From the IMG/VR virus record IMGVR_UViG_3300026085_000008, positions 1 to 27,672 of that record: DNA of 27,672 bases. The stretch is one strand, 5' to 3'. Every line of letters starts with the position of its first letter. The stretch's first letter is position 1. The notes beneath the pieces are model-generated. The model did no database searches and was not told where the DNA came from. It worked only from the letters and a program-made list of their open reading frames with translations. Made by a program: the position numbers and the translations under genes. Source of the stretch: a virus. Taxonomy: Duplodnaviria > Caudoviricetes. This document shows, one piece after another, positions 16,359-24,462 of this stretch.

Positions 16359-16592
16359 CTAACTAACATGAAGTCTGTTTTTCTTAAATCTATAAAACCA
16401 CTTCTTTAACTTTTCATATTTAGGCGCTTCAGTTTCAAAGTATGACAACCTTTCATCATTGTAAACTCTTACATAAAACTCCTCAAAACTCTCTTTTCTT
16501 GGTATCAAGAAATCGGCATCTTCCACTTTAGGAAATGTCTTTTTTAGGTGAAGTTGAACGTACTTAGGATTTTTTTTGTTCTGTCTTATCAT
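16359..16592 (-). CDS. Hypothetical basic protein (ATG start at 16592 preferred)
   Basis: Overlaps 3' end of terS candidate. Confidence 0.5.
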   Translation of the reverse strand: MIRQNKKNPKYVQLHLKKTFPKVEDADFLIPRKESFEEFYVRVYNDERLSYFETEAPKYEKLKKWFYRFKKNRLHVS

Positions 16593-17085
16593 CTTTAACT
16601 TCAGCTTCAATATCAATAGTCTGCTCAGGGTTTAGGAACGACACAACAGGAATGTTAATCTCTTGCTTCACATTCAAATCCTTTTGCTCTTTCGGTTTAC
16701 CATACTTGTATTCCCATAATAGGCGCAAGTGAGGGAATGAATCTTTACTCATGTGTGCAAGTGCTTCCCACGCTTTCTTCTCACTACCAAAGGCACGTTT
16801 CATTGAGCCAAGCGCAAAGTTCTTTATTTCTTCTTCCTTCGCTTTTGGAGGTCTGCCTTGCCCTCTTGATATTCCCTTGACTGCGCCATTGTTTCTGCGC
16901 CCATCGGAATACTTCTCGTGAGGGTCTTTTACAAATGTTGGTTTGTTTGTCGGTTGTTGTTTAGGTGCTGGTTTCGGTTTTGGTTTAGCCTTCGCTTCTT
17001 CTTCTTTGCGTTTCTTCTCGGCTAACCACTTTTGAGTTTTAGCGCTGATAACACCCTGTTTCTCAAACTTTTGTTCTTCGGACAT
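16564..17085 (-). CDS. Putative terminase small subunit (DUF5681-like)
   Basis: 'DGR.NNG....GQGRPPK', 'LL.EY.YGKP' motifs; upstream of terL, behind late-promoter motif. Confidence 0.6.
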   Translation of the reverse strand: MSEEQKFEKQGVISAKTQKWLAEKKRKEEEAKAKPKPKPAPKQQPTNKPTFVKDPHEKYSDGRRNNGAVKGISRGQGRPPKAKEEEIKNFALGSMKRAFGSEKKAWEALAHMSKDSFPHLRLLWEYKYGKPKEQKDLNVKQEINIPVVSFLNPEQTIDIEAEVKDDKTEQKKS

Positions 17086-17097
17086 TGATTCCCTTTA

Positions 17098-17127
17098 TTT
17101 AAAGTAACAGATTTACTCCTCTTTGTT
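17098..17127 (-). promoter_or_regulatory. Candidate phage late promoter (AACAA-N14-GTTACTTTAAA) for packaging operon
   Basis: Minus strand AACAAagaggagtaaatctGTTACTTTAAA. Confidence 0.5.
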
Positions 17128-17235
17128 TTCCTCTGTTACCTTGTCTATAAGCGCCTGAACCATCATATACAGATTGGCTACTGCCTTTTCAAGTTGAACA
17201 ATTCTTTGAATTTGTGTGTATTTCTTAGGTTTCAT
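17113..17235 (-). CDS. Small coiled-coil protein, 40 aa
   Basis: MKPKKYTQIQRIVQLEKAVANLYMM...; ATGA coupling. Confidence 0.6.
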   Translation of the reverse strand: MKPKKYTQIQRIVQLEKAVANLYMMVQALIDKVTEENKEE

Positions 17236-17366
17236 CGCTTCTTGTTTATATCAACTTGCGTTGCTCGTTTGTTTGTTCTGTGATACTGATATACATTTCT
17301 CCATTCAGGAGTTGGTATAAATCTGATGTTTTCATCTATTTCTGCTTGTGTTTTTCTTGCTCTCAT
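17232..17366 (-). CDS. Small basic protein, 44 aa
   Basis: MRARKTQAEIDENIRFIPTPEWRNVYQYHR...; packed between neighbours. Confidence 0.6.
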   Translation of the reverse strand: MRARKTQAEIDENIRFIPTPEWRNVYQYHRTNKRATQVDINKKR

Positions 17367-17367
17367 G

Positions 17368-17886
17368 TTAATCTATTTTTAATTCCTTGTTAAGTTCGTT
17401 TTGTGTCATTACATATCCGTTTCCATGACCTAAATCCTTTATTGTGCTTGGATTTATAATTTGTTCTGATTTCGCCCAACCTGAGAAAGTAAACGAGGGA
17501 AAAGTTCCTATCATAAGGGCATACGCATCAACTGGCTCTGCCTCCTTTCCAATTCTAACAAGTAGTTTCCCACTCTTATACTTTGTGTTCTTGACATCAA
17601 CCTTGATACCATTTTTTAATGTAGCATCTACTTTCTTGAAGTGATTTTCACTCTCAATGGTCGTAGAGTCAAACTCTATATCACATAACTTACAAAAAGC
17701 AAGTTCAGCGCCAAATCCATTTACATTTAAATCATATAGCTTTAATGATTTATCTACTTGATAATTCTTAACGAAGTAAGACCTGTCTTGGCTACATATA
17801 TCCTTAGCCATTCCTACAATAAGTTCTTGCTCGGATTTACTTAATGTATATTTATCTCCGTATTTCAATGTCATATTATTACTCAT
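17368..17886 (-). CDS. Hypothetical protein, PD-(D/E)XK-like
   Basis: 'G.GAE.AF', 'D......VDVK.T' pattern. Confidence 0.65.
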   Translation of the reverse strand: MSNNMTLKYGDKYTLSKSEQELIVGMAKDICSQDRSYFVKNYQVDKSLKLYDLNVNGFGAELAFCKLCDIEFDSTTIESENHFKKVDATLKNGIKVDVKNTKYKSGKLLVRIGKEAEPVDAYALMIGTFPSFTFSGWAKSEQIINPSTIKDLGHGNGYVMTQNELNKELKID

Positions 17887-18013
17887 AATCTCGTATTATA
17901 AATTCAATATAGTAAATACCAAAGTCAATCACAAGATACTTTACGTTGTTTGGGCAAATGTAGTGAATACCAAACCCAACTTGACTATGGTATGTTCCAG
18001 TTCTAATTTTCAC
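17879..18013 (-). CDS. Small hypothetical protein, 44 aa (GTG start)
   Basis: Fills gap, overlaps both neighbours. Confidence 0.45.
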   Translation of the reverse strand: MKIRTGTYHSQVGFGIHYICPNNVKYLVIDFGIYYIEFIIRDYE

Positions 18014-18152
18014 CACCCCACTCTAAACATAAGTACCAGTTGAATATTGCAAATCCTATTTCGTAATTACCATACCAAGTCTTGTCAAAAACCACAGCTA
18101 TTGTTGGTACTATAAAGAATGAAGATGCGTTTCTTATTGCTCTAAATTTCAT
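18003..18152 (-). CDS. Small hydrophobic protein, 49 aa
   Basis: MKFRAIRNASSFFIVPTIAVVF...FNWYLCLEWGGEN. Confidence 0.55.
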   Translation of the reverse strand: MKFRAIRNASSFFIVPTIAVVFDKTWYGNYEIGFAIFNWYLCLEWGGEN

Positions 18153-18158
18153 ATTTAA

Positions 18159-18404
18159 CTATTTAATATTTTCAATTATGAGTTCAATTAAGCTAAATAA
18201 CTTCCATCTATCCTTAATCCGTATATCGGGTGCTTCAAACACTTCCACATACCATTCGTCTTCTATTTCGTCTGATGCAGGGGTTATAAGGCTAAATCCA
18301 CTACAAAAGTCATAAGTGTAGTAGTGATAAGCGTTGCCCCCACTTTCTTCCGCTGAAACATCTACCCTTTCAAATCCTTCGTCAATTATGTCTTGTTCTG
18401 TCAT
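18159..18404 (-). CDS. Hypothetical acidic protein
   Basis: 81 aa, 'GFER.DV..EESG...Y.YY' motif, ATGA coupling. Confidence 0.7.
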   Translation of the reverse strand: MTEQDIIDEGFERVDVSAEESGGNAYHYYTYDFCSGFSLITPASDEIEDEWYVEVFEAPDIRIKDRWKLFSLIELIIENIK

Positions 18405-18931
18405 ACTCCTGCTATTACGTTTGCTTGTATTATTTCCGCCTGTTGATTACGAGGCTGTATATCTTTTTTGGCGACTTGAATCATTATGTCTAACTTATAC
18501 TTAATTTCATCAACCTTGTGTTTAGGCAATCCATTTAATGCGCCACCAAGTTCGTTTGCATCTACAAGTTTACATCTATATTCCTCAATCTTTTTCTTTA
18601 ACATAATGTTTTCTATATGCAAACTTTCAAATTCATCTCCAAGTTCGCCAATGGTTTCTTGATATTCAGAAAGTACATTGTTATAGCTAAACTTAAAGAA
18701 TGGCTCTGTTTTATACAAATATTCAAATGTTTTCAATCCGTATATAACCGTTGCATGGTCTTTTTTGAATAGTCGCCCTATCTTAGATAGGCTCATATTA
18801 TGAGTTTTCTGTATAACCTTATAACCGATTGCTCTTGCTTCTACTACCTTACGAAGCCTTGTGTCTTGCAGAGGGTTCGCCTTGTAGTGTTTCTTGATTA
18901 TTTTTACTAAGCACTTAAAATCAATATTCAT
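18401..18931 (-). CDS. DnaA domain IV-like helix-turn-helix DNA-binding protein
   Basis: 'R.R.VV.AR', 'SL..IG..F.KDHATVI.G' match the DnaA C-terminal signature; no AAA+ domain; coiled coil follows. Confidence 0.8.
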   Translation of the reverse strand: MNIDFKCLVKIIKKHYKANPLQDTRLRKVVEARAIGYKVIQKTHNMSLSKIGRLFKKDHATVIYGLKTFEYLYKTEPFFKFSYNNVLSEYQETIGELGDEFESLHIENIMLKKKIEEYRCKLVDANELGGALNGLPKHKVDEIKYKLDIMIQVAKKDIQPRNQQAEIIQANVIAGV

Positions 18932-19118
18932 CTAATTCTTGTTTAAATTCTGCATAGGCATTAGCCAGTCCTTGACAACCTTCATAGTTTTCTTCGTTCT
19001 TGAAGTGTTCAAGTAAATACTTTAGCTGATTCACTTGAAGCACCCCAAGTCGCAAGGACAACAGAATATCATTTTTGTATTCCTCTATTTCGTCTTTATA
19101 TTTCTCGTCTATACTCAC
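18921..19118 (-). CDS. Hypothetical protein
   Basis: 65 aa, 'E.YE.C.G' motif. Confidence 0.65.
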   Translation of the reverse strand: MSIDEKYKDEIEEYKNDILLSLRLGVLQVNQLKYLLEHFKNEENYEGCQGLANAYAEFKQELDEY

Positions 19119-19891
19119 AGCGTATCTCTAACGGTGTAGTTGTGCAGTTCGTTTCTTCCGTTCTGAATATACTTCACGTAATTCTCAACCGCCTGTTCAA
19201 CTAAACTTTCGCCTAAGTTATAAAAACTTTCCGACACATCAAAGATTCCGATGTCATTTGTATTCTTGTCAATCGCAAGAAAGTAAAAGTCCTTGTAATC
19301 TATTCCAAACAAATTGCAGTATATATATACTTGACAAGTGTATTTAAAAATTTCAGCGTCATATTTGAATCTACCAATGTTAGCACAAGTCTTTAAATCA
19401 ACGATTCTACCGTTACCAATCGCATCAGCTTTACCCCTGAATGGCTTGTCGAACAAGTTTCCAGCCATAGGCACTTCTTTTTCTAAACCACCAAGCAAGT
19501 CCATAGCGTGTTTGTTGTTGTGTAGTGCCTCAGCTAAATACATGGCGGAATTATATTCCTTGATTGTAAATGTTTCAGGATTCTGTTCAACCGCTTCTTT
19601 AAACGCCTTTGTATTTCGGCTCTGTACATCAATGAAGTTCAACTCTTGAAACTTCTCAGGCTCTAATACAGATAGGTGGACAAGTCGCCCAGCGATTAGT
19701 GCTGGGCTATTGTCGCTTTGTCTTAAAGATTTAATGTAAGCCTTTGGCGAATCCAAAAGTTTCTTTACAGAACTACTACTAAGGGAATACTGACCCAAGT
19801 AAGAGTAGTAGAAGTGGTCATTGTACATTTCTTTTATGAGCATATCTTTCTCCCAAAATCGCCCATCTAAAGTCATTATCATATTACTCAT
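19115..19891 (-). CDS. RecE/exonuclease VIII-like PD-(D/E)XK nuclease (DUF3799-like)
   Basis: 'LSSS..K.L..SP', 'G...H..VLEP', 'RGKAD....IVDLKT', 'Y..Q..IY'. Confidence 0.85.
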   Translation of the reverse strand: MSNMIMTLDGRFWEKDMLIKEMYNDHFYYSYLGQYSLSSSSVKKLLDSPKAYIKSLRQSDNSPALIAGRLVHLSVLEPEKFQELNFIDVQSRNTKAFKEAVEQNPETFTIKEYNSAMYLAEALHNNKHAMDLLGGLEKEVPMAGNLFDKPFRGKADAIGNGRIVDLKTCANIGRFKYDAEIFKYTCQVYIYCNLFGIDYKDFYFLAIDKNTNDIGIFDVSESFYNLGESLVEQAVENYVKYIQNGRNELHNYTVRDTL

Positions 19892-20090
19892 GGCTATCGT
19901 GTATTTTTTTCATTATTTTGCCAAGCACCTCATCTGATATTACCTCAAATAAATCCTGTTCGCTACCCTCAACATAAATTCCACCTATCTCTAATGATTC
20001 CAATACATTCGGTTCATCGGAATCGTGATAGTAATAATCTACGTCAAACTCCAATCCCCAAATAATAACCTTTTTAGTCAATAAACTCAT
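19884..20090 (-). CDS. Hypothetical acidic protein
   Basis: 68 aa in operon. Confidence 0.65.
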   Translation of the reverse strand: MSLLTKKVIIWGLEFDVDYYYHDSDEPNVLESLEIGGIYVEGSEQDLFEVISDEVLGKIMKKIHDSHE

Positions 20091-20092
20091 AG

Positions 20093-20290
20093 TTATATCT
20101 TTTTAGAGTTAATTTTATTTACTGCATTGTACTGGTGGTAGAACCCTTCAAATAGCGAGTTCAGTACCTCTCTTGCGGTATCTTTGTGATACTTCTTAGA
20201 TAAGTAATCTCTTTCAGCTACTTCAATCCAATCGAAGTCCTGTGAGTTTTCTTCCCTGTGTTTCATAAACATTTCATTTGATTTTCCCAT
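20093..20290 (-). CDS. Hypothetical protein
   Basis: 65 aa in operon. Confidence 0.65.
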   Translation of the reverse strand: MGKSNEMFMKHREENSQDFDWIEVAERDYLSKKYHKDTAREVLNSLFEGFYHQYNAVNKINSKKI

Positions 20291-20481
20291 TACTTTATGT
20301 ATTTAGTTATGTATTTAATTAGTGCCTCAAGTTTGTTAAGTATGAATCGAAGTGGGGTTTCTACCAAATAGTAAACAGCAAGTAACACCGATTCTATGCA
20401 AAAGAATAGTACGAGTACTATTAGTGCAATCGCTGCTCTTACTGCGTTAAATGGTTTGGTAATAATTGTCTTTGCTTTCAT
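20290..20481 (-). CDS. Small membrane protein (start MKAKT at 20481)
   Basis: Long hydrophobic segment; track start at 20514 lies upstream of the -7 element. Confidence 0.6.
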   Translation of the reverse strand: MKAKTIITKPFNAVRAAIALIVLVLFFCIESVLLAVYYLVETPLRFILNKLEALIKYITKYIK

Positions 20482-20500
20482 CTGTATCAATTTGATGATA

Positions 20501-20542
20501 CAAATATAAAACAAATAAATTTAATTCACAAATTGTGGATTA
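20501..20542 (-). promoter_or_regulatory. sigmaA-type promoter (TATATTTG, -33 TTTG) overlapped by inverted DnaA-box-like pair
   Basis: CAAATATA 20501-08, CAAA 20529-32; TAATTCACA-aat-TGTGGATTA 20522-42. Confidence 0.65.
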
Positions 20543-20695
20543 CTTTTTTGGATTGAACTGGTCTTTCCAGATAGTTTGGCAAACTGCAAACCTTGCATCT
20601 CTATCAGGAAATTCCTCGCCCATCTTAGCGTTACCCATGCAACGCTGAATGAAGTCTTTGTTCTTCTCGTATTTCTTTGGTCTAAGTAATGGCAT
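20540..20695 (-). CDS. Small protein, 51 aa (MPLLRPKKYEKNKDFIQRCM...FPDRDARFAVCQTIW)
   Basis: Not in track; 'P...E...F..RCM...E.P...R.AVC..W' recurring phage pattern; TAATG coupling. Confidence 0.75.
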   Translation of the reverse strand: MPLLRPKKYEKNKDFIQRCMGNAKMGEEFPDRDARFAVCQTIWKDQFNPKK

Positions 20696-21096
20696 TAGAA
20701 TCTACATTTAGGGCAGTTCCATTTCTGACCTATCTTATTAAAGTAACTAATAAGTTGAGGTTTGTTTTCTATTTCATACCAGTTATTATTGGTGTAAACA
20801 GAAGTAACAACACATTTATCAAGCGGTATATCTATTGTATTATCATAGCAATCGTGTTCTACTTTAAGTACACAAGACTTATTTGTGTGCCATGAATCGC
20901 ATATTCTTTCAAGCAATAATCTTTGTCCAGTAGGTATATTGTTTCCAACCTTCTTTACTTCTATAAGTATAAGAACCTCATTGTCGAACTCAAATACAGC
21001 ATCAATATCTGAAGGGTGTATCTTACCATTCTGTACGCCAGTAAAGTCTATCGTTTGGCGAACATCTTTTGAATTTCTAATCAAACTGCTTTGCAT
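20695..21096 (-). CDS. Nuclease-fold hypothetical protein
   Basis: 'PSDIDA..E', 'LIEVK', 'P.GQ...L.R' PD-(D/E)XK-like pattern. Confidence 0.65.
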   Translation of the reverse strand: MQSSLIRNSKDVRQTIDFTGVQNGKIHPSDIDAVFEFDNEVLILIEVKKVGNNIPTGQRLLLERICDSWHTNKSCVLKVEHDCYDNTIDIPLDKCVVTSVYTNNNWYEIENKPQLISYFNKIGQKWNCPKCRF

Positions 21097-21463
21097 ACTC
21101 CTTGTATATCTTATATAGTTTCGTGTGAATGTTACTCATAAAGCAAGGTGTACATCTCGTTGTCTTTGCTTTTTGATGCAGAACCCTATTGTATATGGCG
21201 ACTAATCTTTTTTGTTGGTCGGCTGTAATTGTGCTTGGTCTTTCTGTAAAGTACCAATGTAAGTATTCAAATTCTTCTTCTGTAAGGCACTCAGGCTTCA
21301 CGTAAGGAAACAATTTATTTAGGAACTCCTTGCGTTCATCACAACCGCAATCCTCGCCTAACACCCATTTGGCGACCTTATCTACACCAGTAGCCTTAAA
21401 CACTTTCTCTACGGTGTCGCCTAAACCTTTACTCTTTTGTTTTTTTGTATTCTTCGTACCCAT
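21077..21463 (-). CDS. Cys-containing phage protein
   Basis: 'GLGDTVEK..KATG', 'DCGC.ERK..LN..F', 'CTPC'. Confidence 0.75.
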   Translation of the reverse strand: MGTKNTKKQKSKGLGDTVEKVFKATGVDKVAKWVLGEDCGCDERKEFLNKLFPYVKPECLTEEEFEYLHWYFTERPSTITADQQKRLVAIYNRVLHQKAKTTRCTPCFMSNIHTKLYKIYKEYAKQFD

Positions 21464-21983
21464 CTCTTAAGTTTTTTCTTACTTGTTCTTTTGCGTTCTT
21501 TAGCGTATTAAATATACTACTAAGCGTAATCTTTGTCTTATCTGATATATCCCTCATCGACATATCAGTTCTGTAATACAATTCAAACATCTTTTTGTCG
21601 TACCAATACCATGTATCAATAAGCGATTCCACGCTACCAAACACTTTTTCTAAGTGTTCCTTTCTGCTTTTCTCGCCATAATTAGGAATATCGTGTTCGA
21701 TAATCATCTCATCAATAATTTCATCAACGAGAACAATCCTTTTATCCACTTTATGTGTGTTTGAGTAAAACAGATTTCTCAGCGTTACATAAACATAGAA
21801 CGTATTAACTTCCGTTTCATTGTACATTAGTTTATCAGGGTCTTTAACGTAATCAAACACTCTAATAAACATTTCTTGCACAAGTTCCCTTGCGCTGTCC
21901 TCGCTAATGTTAAACGACCTCGCCATGTGAATCCAGTCGTCATACTTCTCAGCGAGTTTTTCTAATAACTCATTCTTGGTCAT
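21429..21983 (-). CDS. Phage ECF-like RNA polymerase sigma factor
   Basis: Region 2-like 'A.ELVQEMF', region 4 HTH 'YY...MSMRDIS..TKI.LSSIFNTLKNAK'; 184 aa. Confidence 0.75.
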   Translation of the reverse strand: MTKNELLEKLAEKYDDWIHMARSFNISEDSARELVQEMFIRVFDYVKDPDKLMYNETEVNTFYVYVTLRNLFYSNTHKVDKRIVLVDEIIDEMIIEHDIPNYGEKSRKEHLEKVFGSVESLIDTWYWYDKKMFELYYRTDMSMRDISDKTKITLSSIFNTLKNAKEQVRKNLRDGYEEYKKTKE

Positions 21984-22260
21984 AATCTATAAGTTGCAAA
22001 ATTTGTTCCAATGAATTGCATACTGCATAGTTCCCACCCCACTTTGAGGCGAACTCTAATTCATCAGGTGTTAATTTCTGCTGACTCTTAGATTTATTCC
22101 CATCTTTAATTTCAATTAAGTAATTCTGATTCATATACCCAATTACTATATCGGGCGCACCTTTTCCTAACTGGTGCGTATGAAGTACAGATATACCTCG
22201 TTTTCTTAGTTCTTGTACTATTTCCTTTTGGTTGGCATCTACTCTCGCTTTTTTTCGCAT
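21970..22260 (-). CDS. VRR-NUC / Holliday junction resolvase-like nuclease
   Basis: 'ARVDANQ.EIV..LR..G', 'G.PD...G', 'LIEIKDG', 'LT.DE..F'. Confidence 0.8.
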   Translation of the reverse strand: MRKKARVDANQKEIVQELRKRGISVLHTHQLGKGAPDIVIGYMNQNYLIEIKDGNKSKSQQKLTPDELEFASKWGGNYAVCNSLEQILQLIDYDQE

Positions 22261-23987
22261 CTTAAAACATCTATTTCACTAAATGGACTAAATCCATTAA
22301 AGTAATAACGTTGTTCCTTGATGTTAAAGTTTATGCCTGTAATCTCTTGTGGAATACCAACAAGTTTTTGTTTCTTTATCTTCTGCGAACCAAATATAAC
22401 ACTTGTATCTGAATAATCCAAAGCCCTATTAGGTCGCCATACAAACATTACATTATCTGCCTTGTCTGCAAATGTACCACCACCTTTGATTTTGTTTACA
22501 TCGGGCTTGTAATATCTGCCATCCTCTGTTTTCATTGGTGTTACTTGGTGTGCTACTAAATTGATGCTAATATCGTAATCTATGGCGAATCTCTTGAGTT
22601 CACTCATAAATCTACTGATATACAAATCTTCTCTTTCGCCTCTAAGCATCTTATGTTGAACCGTGTTGTATGGGTCAATGATTAGAGAACGAATACCCTT
22701 TTGGCGAACAAGAAACTTTGCTCTCTCAAAGATATTATCTAAACTAAAGAACTTTTGTGGGTATATCAAGAAAAAGTGCTTTTTCACAAACTCAATACCT
22801 TCTTTGTACTCAGCTTCGGTCATTTGATGATTGTAGTATGGGTCAGCACTCTTACCAATGTACATCTCAATAATGTCATTAAAGAAATCACGCATCGGCA
22901 TATTCTCAGGCGAAAACACTCCAAACTTCCATCCTTCGTGAAACGCTTTGATTGTCGCCAGTTGATTAAGAAACAAACTCTTTCCCTCATTCTGATACCC
23001 AGTCCATATATTGACCTCTTGTGGTCGCCATGTCCAAGCATTGTCTACCTCAGGAATGTATGTAGTTGTACCTCTTTCTTGACCATTCTTAAAACCATCA
23101 AGCATAGATTCCATTACATCATTTACCTCAAATACACCCTCTAATTTAGGGTCGTAAGCCATTTTAAGGCGATTTCTGAGGCTTTCTACGCCCTCTTGGA
23201 GTAATACCTCATTTGCGTCTTTAAATGGTCTTAAATCGACTAATTTGCATTTATCAGCGCCAAAACGTCTTAATAACTCTTTTTCAAGTATTCTTCCGTT
23301 CTCATCATTGTCTGTGGCGATATATATCTTTTTAGCTTGTTCAAACACCTCGTAACAAGTAGATAAGCACTCAAGTTTCTTATCAATATTCTTATCCTCT
23401 TTGTTTGGCGCACCCATATTTACAGAAGTGTGAAAGTTCACACCAGCGACTTCCCAAGACAAAGAATCCATTTCGCCCTCACAAATAACAATGCTCGGTT
23501 CTTCTTTTACGCCATCGTAATTGTAAATCATTGGCTTGGCATCTTTCGCCTGAGTAAATGCTTTCCCACTAATTCTACGAGTCTTGTAGTTTATTAGTTC
23601 GCCATTCTTAAAATATGGAAACACAACACTCTTATTATCTTTTGATGATACAATCTTATTGCGGTCAATAACCTCATTGGTGATTCCTCTATCGTTGAGA
23701 AACTTTCTGCCCTCATCGGTTATACTTGCTAAATTCTCTTTACTCGGTGTCTTGTACATCTTTACTTGCTTTACTGGTGTTGTCGCCATGAAATGATTAG
23801 TTTCTTTTATCTTTCCTTGAAAGTCGCACTTGTGGCAATTATACAAACCTTTTTCAAGGTTGATTGACAAGCAAGTGTCCTTCCAATTTGTCTTACCAAG
23901 CCTAACACAACTTGGGCAAATTACTTTCTGCTCTACTTTGTTTCCCTTCGGTGTGATGCCTAAATCTAAAAATTCTTGTATAAACAT
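22239..23987 (-). CDS. T7 gp4/Twinkle-like DNA primase-helicase
   Basis: Zn finger CPSC...CHKC, TOPRIM 'CEGEMD' and 'TDND', 'KDANE', SF4 Walker A 'TGYQNEGKS', 'IIDP', 'VAH'. Confidence 0.92.
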   Translation of the reverse strand: MFIQEFLDLGITPKGNKVEQKVICPSCVRLGKTNWKDTCLSINLEKGLYNCHKCDFQGKIKETNHFMATTPVKQVKMYKTPSKENLASITDEGRKFLNDRGITNEVIDRNKIVSSKDNKSVVFPYFKNGELINYKTRRISGKAFTQAKDAKPMIYNYDGVKEEPSIVICEGEMDSLSWEVAGVNFHTSVNMGAPNKEDKNIDKKLECLSTCYEVFEQAKKIYIATDNDENGRILEKELLRRFGADKCKLVDLRPFKDANEVLLQEGVESLRNRLKMAYDPKLEGVFEVNDVMESMLDGFKNGQERGTTTYIPEVDNAWTWRPQEVNIWTGYQNEGKSLFLNQLATIKAFHEGWKFGVFSPENMPMRDFFNDIIEMYIGKSADPYYNHQMTEAEYKEGIEFVKKHFFLIYPQKFFSLDNIFERAKFLVRQKGIRSLIIDPYNTVQHKMLRGEREDLYISRFMSELKRFAIDYDISINLVAHQVTPMKTEDGRYYKPDVNKIKGGGTFADKADNVMFVWRPNRALDYSDTSVIFGSQKIKKQKLVGIPQEITGINFNIKEQRYYFNGFSPFSEIDVLRCEKKRE

Positions 23988-24024
23988 TTGGTAGTTTGAT
24001 TTTTATTTTGTTTTTTTTATTTAT

Positions 24025-24143
24025 TACACTTAGTGTATCATGTAACACTTAGTGTATTATGTTACACTTAGCGTATTATTTTTATAATATATATCACTAA
24101 GTGTATCGTGTAACAATAAGTGTATCATGTTACACTAAGTGTA
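24025..24143. repeat. Second array of 6 TACACT(T/A)AGTGTA-like units (3 + AT spacer + 3), 19-bp period; candidate replication origin
   Basis: Starts at 24025, 24044, 24063, 24093, 24112, 24131; between HTH gene 3' end and primase-helicase; T-rich tract adjacent at 24000-24024. Confidence 0.9.
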
Positions 24144-24424
24144 TCAACCAAAGAACGATATTTTGGATTAACGTATATCTTACGTTGCTTACCATCGTTT
24201 CCTACGCTCTTTGTAACTCTTGTGATGAAATCTTTTTCTTCTAAACTGGCGAATACCCTATAAAGTGTCCTATCCTTTATGCTAAGGCTATCGCATATAT
24301 GTTTATTAGTAGCGTAACAGAAACCTGTTTTCTGCGCCAAAGAAAGTACATAACTGAATACAGCGTTCTCTTGTAAACTTAAATTGTAATCACTCATAAT
24401 TAACTTAACGTATTTAGCTTTCAT
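24125..24424 (-). CDS. Winged-HTH protein, replication initiator-like (HTH_36-like)
   Basis: 'G.CYATN..I...L.I..RT..R....LE...FI.R' pattern; upstream of primase-helicase; ends inside the array. Confidence 0.7.
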   Translation of the reverse strand: MKAKYVKLIMSDYNLSLQENAVFSYVLSLAQKTGFCYATNKHICDSLSIKDRTLYRVFASLEEKDFITRVTKSVGNDGKQRKIYVNPKYRSLVDTLSVT

Positions 24425-24429
24425 AATAG

Positions 24430-24455
24430 AAAAAAAAGGGGAGGTTGCCCTCCCC
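24430..24455 (-). terminator. Intrinsic terminator after SSB-like gene
   Basis: GGGGAGG-GCAA-CCTCCCC followed by U8 on minus strand. Confidence 0.85.
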
Positions 24456-24462
24456 GATTAAC

